Source: Trypanosoma brucei (taxonomy: Eukaryota). From it: 64,000 bases of DNA. The notes under the pieces are model-generated. The model was given only the letters and a program-made list of their open reading frames with translations, ran no database searches and was not told where the DNA came from. The stretch spans positions 544,001-608,000 of the forward strand of contig CP000066.1 in assembly GCA_000002445.1 (NCBI GenBank), written 5' to 3'. The translations under genes and the position numbers were made by a program. Every line of letters starts with the position of its first letter. The first letter of the stretch is position 1. This document shows, piece after piece, positions 1-10,429 of this stretch.

Positions 1-3000
1 TGGAGGCATGCATCACGCATAGTAGAAAGCAGCTTGTCACGTTCGGATGAAACTGAAAAGGCAGAGGAAGAAAAGAACCGTGAGAATATTTTCTTCGTCA
101 CCCTTGACCCACTGGGGCCATATACCTCATAACGACGGTCGACACATGGCGGTCCCACATTGGCGTGCACGTCGATAATTCGTACCGCCTCATGAGTGGG
201 AGTGTATACAAACGCACGAAGGTTAACCTGTTCGCCCTCCACATCAACGCTGGCCGAGCGAGAGTCCATTGCGTAAGTGTTTCTCTGCTGATTGAGACGA
301 ACGACAAAAAGAATGTCCGCATGTTCGCGCGGCCCCAAGTGGACTGTTGGGCACGACAACACATCAAGCGCATCAGTGGCTGCTGGGTCCACTTCCACAG
401 TGAATTGTAATCCCTGAGCAAATGGGTTCTGAAACGTTACGGATACCTGCTCTGGTCGGAAAGAGGCAACAGAAATGTAATGGTGCACGGTGAGGCGCTC
501 CATTAGAGCCTCGCCTATCTTCTTTGACTTAAGTTCGTCTCGCTGTTTCTCCAGATAACGTAGTTTAAACTCACAATCTGCATCTTGCGGTCGAGCCCCT
601 AAGTGAACCTTTGAAGATTGAATTCCATTGGCATAGAGCTGCTTAATATACTGCGCACGACGCCAGTGCATATCATTGTCCGGCACACTAGAGGCGGTAG
701 AAAAATCCACCCCCGCTGTCGGTCCATGTTGCTTCAAACCCGTCGTAGACCCCACGAGGGGTTGAGCCCCCGGGTACGGCACACCCGTTACTCCGCCCGT
801 TTCCGGACCCGAATGCACAGCTTGCTGCTCACTTGCGGCGTCATTAGCGGTGGTCATCAAGCCCTGCCGAGTAGCCTCCTGTTGCGGATGGTGCTTTGCC
901 TCCATAAGGTTTGTATGCGGTAACTTCCTCGCCACAACGACACGTGACACCTTCAGTGGCTCCACAACACGATTCTCACTCTGCTTCGGGAGCGGTTGAC
1001 CCGTGCAAATGCAAAAAAGGGTCACATGCAACGAACCAGCATCTCGCACTACGGGCAAAACTTTAGATGGTACCTGAATTTCAGTGAAGCTGAGATCACG
1101 GTACACAACCAAGTCCTTTGGAATGCGAGCGCTCTCAGCATTGTACGGACGGCGAAACTCTGAGAGGCGTACATTCGCACTGCAAACGTAAAACATGGTT
1201 AGTGCGTTATAGATGTGAACATAGAGGATTGCATTGTCGCGTTGCTTATGCTTGTGCAAAAAGGGATTGTTAGCGACCTCAAAGGGTTCATACCATATCA
1301 TACCGCCCCGCTGCTTTCCTTCATACAATTTAAATGTGCTCACGTGCAATGATTTATCGAGAGCTACAGCCCGAATGGGTCCTATGGTTTGGAAAGGTAG
1401 CGATCCAAAGGAAAACATGAAGCAAATATCCTTTGGTATAGGAATGGACTCATCTACAGTAAGTCCTTCGAAGCGAATACCGTACATCGACCCGGCGTTT
1501 GTACAACTAGCTGATGTGTGCTCATCGATGGGGACGGCGTGCAGCGGATGAAGAATGGGTTGCAAACCCTCCTCTAACTTACGGCGTGTCTCCCATGAAA
1601 TAGAAACGGCAGTTGGTGTGAAGTTAAGTACGGTGATGGAGTCGGTTGCGTCATCCAGCTGCTTACCGGACTCGCTGACTCGTTTCGCCTCAACAGCCCG
1701 TTGGCGGTGCTGTCGAGAAGCCTGCTCCTGCATCTGCCGCAGCCGGCGGGTTTCTTCCATGATGTTGCAGAGCATCTTAAACACGTCAGTGGAACGCCCC
1801 TCGAGAACGGCCCCCACCGCGCCGCCATCATCGGCGTAGTCTAACAAAGGGAATGATGCCGCACTGTGCCTTTTATCGGCAGCGGCAACTGGCGCCAACG
1901 CATCTGCCGTTGAAAGAATCTCCATCTGCCGCCTACGCATATCAAATGGAGTAGGGATCAATTTGGCACCTTCAGTAATGGAGAGTAAAGTTGTTTTCCC
2001 CTCCCCCTCAGCTGCACTCACACCGTCCCCCTCATCTCCCAGCCTACCGCGCCTGCGTCCCAGTCGCCCTTCGCCCCTAACACCCGGCCGTGATACGTCG
2101 GCAACAGTATCAACAACGCCGGTATCATAATATCCCACCACTAGTGTCACAACAACGGGAAGCTTCCCGTACGGTGATGTGGGTTCCAACATGAGCATGC
2201 GTTGATCTCGACACGAGAAAGGTCCCTGAAGTGTGGGAAGGTTCTCTATGCGGACATCACAATCTTTCATAGGCATCACACAGAGGGGAAAAACACAGAA
2301 CCCTAAGACGCGGAAATCGTCATCTATTTCCCTTTTTCGCCGTATTGCCAACACCAGCGAGGTGGCGGAATGGACCGGTAGGCCGTCAATCTCCAGCGGG
2401 GTGGCGGAGTGCAGCAGCTGCTCCTTTAATTCTATTTGCTCAGATTTCACAGGCAACGACGACAACGATAACGACAATGAATCAGAAAATTCTGAAACGT
2501 TTGATGGTTTGGACCCATCCCTAAACACTAGTGAAACCTCAGCCCCCTGCCCCAACTGCCTATAACCGTTGTGGGCCACGACGGCAATGCGCCACTCTGC
2601 TGAGCTGTCGCGCCATTCATCATCGTCCGCGGTCGGTACTATGTAAATATTCTGCAACACGCATCGGAAAATGTCGGTCGACGCCTGCGGGCAGTCGTCC
2701 ACGAAGCTACGCGGTACCATAACACCGGTAGGGACCAGCCGCGTCAACAGTTGGCGTGTGGTATCGTCCTCAATAATCACCGCACTAAACGTAATTGTGT
2801 GCTCTTCCCCCTCAGATGCAGGCCACGCCTTGCGGCCTAAAGTTAAAACGTGCGCGCTGCCACGGTAAAGCTTAACAGAGGTGCTGGAGGCCATCGCCGA
2901 CAGCTCAACATAACCCCAAAACAGTGCCTGCCGCCGCAGAACCGCGTCCGGAAGCGGAGCCGGGATCAGAATCTCCACAGCTAGAACCACATCGTTTGGC

Positions 3001-3281
3001 CGACCCTGAAAAAGAACCGGCTCCCGCTCATCTCCTCGAGGAACATCATACGTCGCACCCACAAAATGGGAAGTGGCAACGTCAAACAGCGTCATTCGAA
3101 GCGCCACAACATCTTGGAATGGTGGTTCGGAGGGGAGCGGGTCCCAATTCACCTGAAGCGTGAGTACTCCATCAGTGGCACCCTCTGCCGCTGTATTGCA
3201 TTCCCATGTATCATATCGTACAGCGCTGGAGAGCAGCGCCCGCGCAGTTTGCTCCGCCGACCGGCTTCGTCTCATTCCCAT
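1..3281 (-). CDS. Large conserved hypothetical protein, 3'-partial (more than 1093 codons, runs off window start). Contains beta-sandwich (MSP/ASH-like) looking segments, so possibly flagellum/cilium-associated.
   Basis: I reverse-complemented and translated the sequence by eye. ATG at 3281..3279 has an in-frame TAG three codons upstream, and I hit no stop down to position 1. The frame is consistent at both ends (3281 mod 3 = 2, last codon ends at nt 2). The many short plus-strand ORFs tiling 165-3369 are the antisense of this GC-rich gene. The ORF track does not list it because it has no stop inside the window. Confidence 0.6.
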   Translation of the reverse strand, partial: MGMRRSRSAEQTARALLSSAVRYDTWECNTAAEGATDGVLTLQVNWDPLPSEPPFQDVVALRMTLFDVATSHFVGATYDVPRGDEREPVLFQGRPNDVVLAVEILIPAPLPDAVLRRQALFWGYVELSAMASSTSVKLYRGSAHVLTLGRKAWPASEGEEHTITFSAVIIEDDTTRQLLTRLVPTGVMVPRSFVDDCPQASTDIFRCVLQNIYIVPTADDDEWRDSSAEWRIAVVAHNGYRQLGQGAEVSLVFRDGSKPSNVSEFSDSLSLSLSSLPVKSEQIELKEQLLHSATPLEIDGLPVHSATSLVLAIRRKREIDDDFRVLGFCVFPLCVMPMKDCDVRIENLPTLQGPFSCRDQRMLMLEPTSPYGKLPVVVTLVVGYYDTGVVDTVADVSRPGVRGEGRLGRRRGRLGDEGDGVSAAEGEGKTTLLSITEGAKLIPTPFDMRRRQMEILSTADALAPVAAADKRHSAASFPLLDYADDGGAVGAVLEGRSTDVFKMLCNIMEETRRLRQMQEQASRQHRQRAVEAKRVSESGKQLDDATDSITVLNFTPTAVSISWETRRKLEEGLQPILHPLHAVPIDEHTSASCTNAGSMYGIRFEGLTVDESIPIPKDICFMFSFGSLPFQTIGPIRAVALDKSLHVSTFKLYEGKQRGGMIWYEPFEVANNPFLHKHKQRDNAILYVHIYNALTMFYVCSANVRLSEFRRPYNAESARIPKDLVVYRDLSFTEIQVPSKVLPVVRDAGSLHVTLFCICTGQPLPKQSENRVVEPLKVSRVVVARKLPHTNLMEAKHHPQQEATRQGLMTTANDAASEQQAVHSGPETGGVTGVPYPGAQPLVGSTTGLKQHGPTAGVDFSTASSVPDNDMHWRRAQYIKQLYANGIQSSKVHLGARPQDADCEFKLRYLEKQRDELKSKKIGEALMERLTVHHYISVASFRPEQVSVTFQNPFAQGLQFTVEVDPAATDALDVLSCPTVHLGPREHADILFVVRLNQQRNTYAMDSRSASVDVEGEQVNLRAFVYTPTHEAVRIIDVHANVGPPCVDRRYEVYGPSGSRVTKKIFSRFFSSSAFSVSSERDKLLSTMRDACL

Positions 3282-4256
3282 TTTGTCTTCTTGGCACTAC
3301 CTTCGTTCGCAATGCACCTGCGAAGGGAAATCTTTTTTCCCTTCTGAGTGCCCGTGCCTCCGTCTCTAATTGAAGCACGCCAACAACCAAACTTTATGGA
3401 TGATGGCACTTCACGAAGTGCAGCAGATTTACTTGAGTCTTCCTAACTTCCACGCCCTCTATTCCGCTTCAAGCGAAACTGAAAAAGGCAACTCACAAAA
3501 GTCAGAGACACAATGTAAAGGCTAGTTGTCAGTAAATCATAGAGAAGAAAGTAGAAGAATGCCAACGGCAGGTACCAATAATGGTGCAATCTCATCGTGG
3601 GTGTCGAGTTGCGAAGGGAAGAAGCAAAGAACAGGACCAAAGTAATAAAGCGGTTTAGGCGCCCGTACGATATAAAAGACAGAAAACTCACCGACCTTAA
3701 GTGGCGGCAACACCACTATGCTCAAACAGAACTGCTGGTTTGGGTGATTATGGCCGTAACAGTTGTTATCACCATCGTGCCTCTCACCACCGTGTTACTG
3801 TTGTCATTACTTGCTTGCCTATTGAGAATAGCCCCAGCAAGTGAGCGGGCGGCAACATCGGCAAGTGCCTCAATTAAATTACATTCAAGTACCCCAACTC
3901 ACTCCTCCCACTGTTCTCCAGTAACTCCAGTTCCCTTCCCAATCCGACCTTGGTTTTAACACTCCGCGTGCGGGACCTCTCTCAAGGCGGTAGTCGGATG
4001 CCACAGGGACCAAGTCAGCAAGAAGAAAGAAATGCAAAGAAGGAAAGTGGTAGTTGCGACACGCCAGAGCCAACGGCGCTGTTGAGCAGCAAAATCGTGA
4101 TGAAGCCGCCAACTGCACCGTATGATGGCATGCGCAGCCCACCGTAAAACGCTAACGTTTGGACCGATAATTGATAAAGGCACCCCATTCATATTGGAAT
4201 AGTGTGTGCCCAGTTATACCAACGTAATAAGTGCATTAACAGGAAGCAGGCCAGGC

Positions 4257-5039
4257 CTACAAACCGAGTTCAGTGGGATCCCTCCCTGCCTTCTCAGCCA
4301 ATTCTCTTTTGTATTCTTCAAACATTTTCTCCATTCGATGTGATTCATTCACCACTAACAACACGAACATAAACCAAATGTAAGCGAGGGCCACCACCTG
4401 AGCCATGTCGCCCCACTTGTTCAGCTTATCAACAGTGTCGGTATCTCCAACAACGGCAGTCGTGTGATCCGTTACGTTAAACCCGAGACTCTGCAACACA
4501 TTCACTGCGTCAGGTACATAAGCCGGTGGAAGGATAAACATCAGTAAGCGGTTGTCTTCCGACGGGTGTGTGACGTACCTTTCTCCCACGATGTTAAGCA
4601 CGCGCCTCCCAACCCAGCTGTGAAACCTTTCACGATACATATTCGGTGTCAGTAGCAAAAGCAGCATTGGGGTTCGAATTGGCTGTTCGCGTGAGATAAA
4701 TTCACGCCGTGTGAGGTTAAGATCTATACAGTCGGGAAACCCCATGGGGTGAAAGTACGCGTAACCGGGGAAGATGTTTCGGCGCAAAAGAATGCGCGCG
4801 AGGTAAACGTGCGTCGGATTAAATATGTCGTTACTAACGTACAATTTGTGCTCCTTTGCGTAGGGTTGATAGACCCACTCAGAGTAATATGAATCTAAGG
4901 CATACCGCGGTGCAGGAACAATAACTATCTGTTGCTTTCGAAACGGGTGCGTCACCTTCAATACGCTTGCTAGGTATTTTTTTTCCTCAGTGCGAATGAT
5001 ATCCTGCACGCGCCACTTCTTCTTCGCGAAGAGTGACAT
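4257..5039 (-). CDS. Hypothetical protein with a C-terminal hydrophobic segment (AQVVALAYIWFMFVLLVV).
   Basis: Track ORF 4257..5093 starts on TTG. The first ATG is at 5039 (MSLFAKKKWRV...). It runs in the same direction as the minus-strand gene block. Confidence 0.45.
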   Translation of the reverse strand: MSLFAKKKWRVQDIIRTEEKKYLASVLKVTHPFRKQQIVIVPAPRYALDSYYSEWVYQPYAKEHKLYVSNDIFNPTHVYLARILLRRNIFPGYAYFHPMGFPDCIDLNLTRREFISREQPIRTPMLLLLLTPNMYRERFHSWVGRRVLNIVGERYVTHPSEDNRLLMFILPPAYVPDAVNVLQSLGFNVTDHTTAVVGDTDTVDKLNKWGDMAQVVALAYIWFMFVLLVVNESHRMEKMFEEYKRELAEKAGRDPTELGL

Positions 5040-5644
5040 GCTCTCTGGAGAAGATTCTGTCAGTTGGGCGGCACCCGGTGACTTGAGGCTCAACTGCCAC
5101 TAATACTGAACAGTTATCGCCTTCTCTCGCCTCTGCCCGCACCGCACGGTTCTCACGCTTCCGGTCCTGCGCGGGATATAAAAACACAGTTGACAGGAAT
5201 AACAATGAACGTGATAAAAAGAGACATCGATAATGAGATGTTGCCGAATGGACCGCCACAAACAAAGGAGAGGGTAAAATAACATAACAACACTTTGATT
5301 CCATTTTTTTTTTTTTAACGGTTAGCGCAAAAGAAAACGATAGCACTCTTCAACGACGAAAAAGAAAACCTTGGGTTACGAGAGCTCCATTGAACGCGCC
5401 CGGACACATTGTAGTAAGATAAACCAACATTTTTAAAGGTAAAAAGAAGACAAAACGGCGCCCCAACGTTGAAGATTCGTTCGACTACTCCGGAGTAACA
5501 GCTAAAGAAACATTTCACACACAAATACACGCGCGAAAGCAGGCATTCCTATGCACTGGTAACTGATAGTGACAAAACTATGTTCGTACCGCCATAAAGC
5601 ACAGCAATGTTTCAAGGGAACGAAAAGACGAAGTAGAATGCGAC

Positions 5645-5663
5645 ACCACCACCACCACCACCC
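5645..5663. repeat. (CCA)n microsatellite
   Basis: caccaccaccaccaccacc in the intergenic region. Confidence 0.9.
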
Positions 5664-5941
5664 TGGTCCCTATATATCTCAACGCGGTAAAAACCAGAAG
5701 CAGGTTTTTTAAAAAAAGGGGGTATTTATCACGTTGTTACCATAGGGAACGAAAAGAAAAAAATGAAAAGAAATGAAATGAAAAGAAAAGAACCGTTTCC
5801 GCAAAATAATATCCCTGTAATGGTGCACTCCAATACCTTCCCTCCCACCATCAGCTGTGAGCTCACATACCCATTCCTCATAATATTGTCTTCCTAGCGC
5901 CGGGACTGAAAATCTACAACAGTCTTATCCCATTCCCTACT

Positions 5942-5968
5942 CACACACACACACACACACATACACAC
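5942..5968. repeat. (CA)n microsatellite
   Basis: cacacacacacacacacacatacacac. Confidence 0.9.
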
Positions 5969-6051
5969 TGGGAAGCGAGCAGTGGCGCTAAGGAAGAAGC
6001 AAACAAGCACACACTCTTGAGAACAGAAGGGCGGCACCTAATTGTCACTCC

Positions 6052-7899
6052 TCAACAACCGCCCTCAAGCGCACAAAGTTCAGCTGTGTGGCGCTCCACG
6101 TACGCAAGTGCGCAACTGTCATTTACTCGACGTAAATGTGGAGTGAGGGCATCACGCACAGTGCGGTGGTAATCATTCACCAACCGCACCTCGTCAGCAG
6201 TTAGCATCGACACATCAATGAGATCTCGGCACAATGGCACCATCGTGAGTGCCTCAAACGTGAGAAACCCCTCTTGGCTGTGACGTGTCGGTGCCCGCAC
6301 GATTACCTCCAAGTTTTCAATACGTATGCCGTACTTTCCTGCTTTATAGTAACCAGGCTCATTAGACATAATCATTCCAGCAGCGAGAGTTGCTTCTGTT
6401 GGAGTGGGTCGATATCCAATACCCTGAGGTCCCTCGTGTACGTTAAGGAAAGACCCGACGCCATGACCCGTACCGTGGGCGTAGTCTAAACCATACCGCC
6501 AAAGGTGGACGCGCGCGAGTGCATCGAGCCGATGACCAGTCGTGCCTGTTGGCCACACCGCGTTGTGGAGCGCTAAGTGACCTTTCAAAACAAGTGTATA
6601 AGCCTGGCGCTCCTCATCAGAGGGTGGATTGAAACAAACTGTACGAGTTACATCAGTCGTACCATCAAGGTATTGAGCACCACTGTCCACAAGATAGAGT
6701 TGGTCCGGTACGATGGTAGCAGATCCCTCCTTGGGAGGGGTGTAGTGCACAACAGCACCATTTGGCCCAACGGAGGAAATAGTGGGGAAACTGAGCTGCA
6801 CAAAGTGCTCCTGCTCGCGGCGGAAACCCTCGACAACATCAGCACCGCTACACTCGGTGATAGTGGTGTCACCCTTCACAACAATCATGTCGTGTAACCA
6901 CGCGAGGTACCGCGTAAGTGCTACGCCGTCCCGTACGTGACAGCGGCGGAACCCTTCAATCTCAACGGCATTCTTTACTGCTTTAAGTCTCTGCGCTGGG
7001 CCGCATTTCACCCGATTCACTTTCATTTTGCATGACTCGAGCAGGGAGTACAGTCGTTGGCTCGTCTGGTATTCGTCGACCAGAAAGGCGGTGCCAGCGG
7101 GGAGCGCGCGGACATAATCCTCCAGCGCCTCATACGGGTGGAGACTAACTGAGACGACACTGCGGCCGGATTGGGTCAATTCCGCCTCGACAGGTGAAGA
7201 TACCTTCGCTGAATCCACAAAGAGCGCCACGGTCGGGTCGGGGGCGGAACGTACAAGAGCATAAGAATAAAATACCGGATTGTACGGAACGTCACTTCCA
7301 CGTAAGTTCGTGAGCCACGCTACCTCGTCAAGCGCAGAAAGGATCATGGCCTCACATTTTTGTCCCTTGAGCTCCTCCACAAGTGCCATCACCTTCTCCT
7401 CACGAGTTTGCCCACAGAACTGCTCAGGTCGGATGCTTAACATTTCCGCTTTCGCATCTGAGTTCTGCGGCATAAGTGGTCGAACAATCTCGGGGATAGG
7501 AACCAAATTAATAGCCTTCCGGCGCCTCTCCCACTCCGCGACAGTGGCAAGGTTATCATTCATTCCCACCAGCAAGTCTGGTTGAAGGTTAAGTCGGACA
7601 AAATCTTCCAGTGAGGGCACCCCCGGATGACCATCACGCATCAGTTGCCACTCCGGGTACAAACAATGGCCCGCCTCAAGCCAATAACGTCCATCCGTCC
7701 ATAAATACGCCTCCTCCATTGTTATGAGACACGTGCCCGCGCTTCCGTTGAAATTTGTCAAGAAACCACGGCACTTGTAACTGTCCATGACGTATTCGCT
7801 GTTGTGCGGATCGCTGGAGGGGACAATAAGAGCATTGATGGAGTGTAACTTCATGGCCTCACGCACGCGAGAAAGAATCTTGGCACTGTTGGTCGACAT
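6052..7899 (-). CDS. Xaa-Pro aminopeptidase (aminopeptidase P, M24B family).
   Basis: 615 aa, ATG start. M24 signature HGTGHGVGSFLNVHEGPQGIG. N-terminal creatinase-like domain plus C-terminal pita-bread fold (VDSGAQYLDGTTDVTRT). Confidence 0.9.
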   Translation of the reverse strand: MSTNSAKILSRVREAMKLHSINALIVPSSDPHNSEYVMDSYKCRGFLTNFNGSAGTCLITMEEAYLWTDGRYWLEAGHCLYPEWQLMRDGHPGVPSLEDFVRLNLQPDLLVGMNDNLATVAEWERRRKAINLVPIPEIVRPLMPQNSDAKAEMLSIRPEQFCGQTREEKVMALVEELKGQKCEAMILSALDEVAWLTNLRGSDVPYNPVFYSYALVRSAPDPTVALFVDSAKVSSPVEAELTQSGRSVVSVSLHPYEALEDYVRALPAGTAFLVDEYQTSQRLYSLLESCKMKVNRVKCGPAQRLKAVKNAVEIEGFRRCHVRDGVALTRYLAWLHDMIVVKGDTTITECSGADVVEGFRREQEHFVQLSFPTISSVGPNGAVVHYTPPKEGSATIVPDQLYLVDSGAQYLDGTTDVTRTVCFNPPSDEERQAYTLVLKGHLALHNAVWPTGTTGHRLDALARVHLWRYGLDYAHGTGHGVGSFLNVHEGPQGIGYRPTPTEATLAAGMIMSNEPGYYKAGKYGIRIENLEVIVRAPTRHSQEGFLTFEALTMVPLCRDLIDVSMLTADEVRLVNDYHRTVRDALTPHLRRVNDSCALAYVERHTAELCALEGGC

Positions 7900-8468
7900 T
7901 GTACCGTCTAGACGAAAATCCTTATTTCACCTTTGATAGACACAGCGGCCACCGTAAAAAGAGTGTGTCGTAGGTGCACGCAGGATGCAGATAATCGGTG
8001 GCTATACTAACGGTAAAATGAAAAGAAGCAACCGAATTTATTATTATTATTATTTTTTTTACTTTACCTTTCAAAGGCACGATGGCGAAGAAGTCAATTA
8101 GGAAAGAAAATAACGGCGAACCGTCACACACCAGGAGATTATTGAGCACGCAAGGGACAAATACCCTATGATATATATGCACACACAATCATGTGTGTGC
8201 ATATATTTGCGTGTGATGTGTCGTTATTGTTGCTAACGTTGCTTTTCTTTTTTTTTCATGAAAACTTTGTTACCACGCACGAGATTAAATTGTTACCAGA
8301 CAGCACGAAGACACAGGGACACATGAGAAAAAAAGAAGAAGAAAGGAGAAACGGATATAAAACACCGTATTCTCCCAAGTCTTCCACTACAAGGCGTGGT
8401 GTAACTGCCGTACTAAAATGGAGGGAAAAGGGAAAGAACGCTGTCGATTCACTCAGCGGCCCAGATGG

Positions 8469-8502
<34 letters not shown>

Positions 8503-8527
8503 AACGAGTAAGTAATAATAATAATAA
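8469..8527. repeat. Compound (CA)n-(TA)n-(AAT)n microsatellite
   Basis: cacacacacacacacatatatatatatatata...aataataataataa. Confidence 0.9.
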
Positions 8528-9024
8528 AACAAAAAAACAAAAGCACCCAGGTGGACCTACAACAAGTGGGGATCAACAGGCAGTCCCTGTCGCGTATCTC
8601 CGTCGGAGGCTTCCACTAGAGAGAAATAAACAAAAAAAAAGGAAAATGTTTTAACCCCCTCTCCAAACCTCACGCCCTAAACCCCTCCCTCCTTTTTTAC
8701 ATATAAATATAGTCTTACCTCCGTACTCGGCCGCTGTTGGCATTCACAATACATCAATTAATATTTCAGCACTCTGGCTATCAGAAAATTATATCACCCA
8801 GTGGAAAAAAAAAGCAGGTGGAAGGGAACTAACTAAAAACAAAAGATACAAGTACAAATAAGAAAGCGAGGGAGAAATGCATGTCGTTCCCCACTTTTCT
8901 TCTCCAACCAGTATTCCTTGGAAAGGTTATTTGTACAACTTCACTACCATTTCAGTCGCTACGGTATTTGCATGATCTAATTTTGTTTTTCCCTCTTTTA
9001 AATGAATCCTTCAGGGAAGCACAG

Positions 9025-9951
9025 TTACAACCCACCAGTAAGTAATATCACAGCTCTGCGCAGAGAAGTTTCGACATCTGCCGTCGTGGCGGTATCAATG
9101 CGATCCTTCAACTCTTCCAGCGCAGCTGCCATCACACGCTGGGCGGCACGGCGCTCACCCAACACGACGGGGTCCCCCAGCACCAACTCGAACCGCAGCG
9201 GCGTCGGAATAAAATCAAGAGTCTGCGAACGGCCCTCCAAAATGACATTATATCCGGCACATCGCAGTTTCTCCACAGCAGTTGCCGCAAAGCAGACAAC
9301 TTCACCTTGCATTTGTTGGGCTACAGTCGGTACAGCATTGTTCACAGCAGGAGACTTTAACAGCGTGTTCTCGATGTTTCGTACCTGTAGCTTCCCCTTA
9401 AGGACGATATCATATACGCCATTACCCAAGTCTTCAAATGTAACCTGTGAGTAAACACGCTGAATCACTTCCGAAGTCAACAACTCCGGGGAAAGGTCTC
9501 CCTTTAATTCCTCCAACAGAAGGTGCGTGTAACTTCGGAAGACGTTGCCGTTACTCCATGTGACGCAACGGGGAAGCGTTTGCTGCAGCAGCCGCACCGT
9601 TGTCCCCTTCCCCGTGCCGGAAAGTCCCTGCACAATAATGATTTTACCTTCCTTATCGGGGAGTTCCACCATTATCTCGTTAACCGCATCTTGTGTTGTC
9701 TTTGCTGACATGTCGATACGACGTCGCGGTGCAGGCGGCGGGTCTCTACTTTTGCGAAGAGTCCCTCGCTCCACCGCAATTTCTATTCCTTTCTCCAACT
9801 TTACGGAGTCCTCTTTATCACGCGCAATAATTGAGGTTCCCTCACTCACGCACAGAAGCTTGAATTTTTCATTGTCGTGTAGGAATTTAATCACCGCCCG
9901 GTTGCACGTGTCGTTCTGCTGCAGGAGCAGCTGTGAGGTAATAGTCGTCAT
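9025..9951 (-). CDS. Bacterial-type cytidylate kinase (CMK)-like P-loop kinase with a roughly 120 aa N-terminal extension.
   Basis: P-loop IIIVQGLSGTGKGTTVRLL...SNGNVFRS aligns with CMK ITIDGPSGAGKGT...DSGAIYR. LEGRSQTLDF..LVLGDPVVLGERRAAQRV aligns with CMK ADGRDMGTVVF..IFLDASSEERAHRR. Confidence 0.55.
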   Translation of the reverse strand: MTTITSQLLLQQNDTCNRAVIKFLHDNEKFKLLCVSEGTSIIARDKEDSVKLEKGIEIAVERGTLRKSRDPPPAPRRRIDMSAKTTQDAVNEIMVELPDKEGKIIIVQGLSGTGKGTTVRLLQQTLPRCVTWSNGNVFRSYTHLLLEELKGDLSPELLTSEVIQRVYSQVTFEDLGNGVYDIVLKGKLQVRNIENTLLKSPAVNNAVPTVAQQMQGEVVCFAATAVEKLRCAGYNVILEGRSQTLDFIPTPLRFELVLGDPVVLGERRAAQRVMAAALEELKDRIDTATTADVETSLRRAVILLTGGL

Positions 9952-10409
9952 GAGTCTGCGCGTTGTTTGCGGTACTCAGTTCCTCCTCGTTTCCTATTTT
10001 TTTTTTAAAAAAAAGATACTCCTTCGTTTATCTGATTTCCCCGTTTTGCTTCGTTTTCGCGTTACTACTGATTTCTTTTTGGTTTTAAAATGCTCCGATT
10101 GTTAATTTGTGACAATTAATTTACCGTGTTTTTTTGTTTTAACTTTTTTGTTGGTCTTTCGTACCCGGACTCTCTCACGTTACCGCTCAGCAACACGGAA
10201 GCAGTAAGGAAAGGAAGATGGTGGGGGGAGAGAAATGAGAATAGTAGCGAAGTTTCCACAAAATGAAGAATACAGAGAAACGAATAGTAAAATAAAATAA
10301 ATAAAAGCGGTAAGGAAATGAAACTTGAATGAGGGAGGGGTTGAGAGGAGGAGGAGGTGAAAGAGAGAGAGAGAGATGGAAGAAAAGAAAGAGAAAGAAC
10401 AATAGTAAT

Positions 10410-10429
10410 TTATATATATATATATATAT
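10410..10429. repeat. (TA)n microsatellite inside a 2.4 kb low-complexity intergenic region
   Basis: tatatatatatatatatat flanked by GA-rich and T-rich runs. Confidence 0.9.

Noticed and set aside
165-3369. About 10 overlapping plus-strand ORFs of 60-120 aa (165..410, 618..923, 1234..1551, 1555..1839, 2233..2565, 2531..2722, 2671..2868, 2924..3163, 3066..3347, 3160..3369).
   Set aside because: They sit in all three plus frames and are entirely antisense to one uninterrupted minus-strand reading frame (1..3281). Their translations are low-complexity (S/R/P/A-rich) with no domain character. This is the classic antisense-open-frame effect in GC-rich coding DNA.
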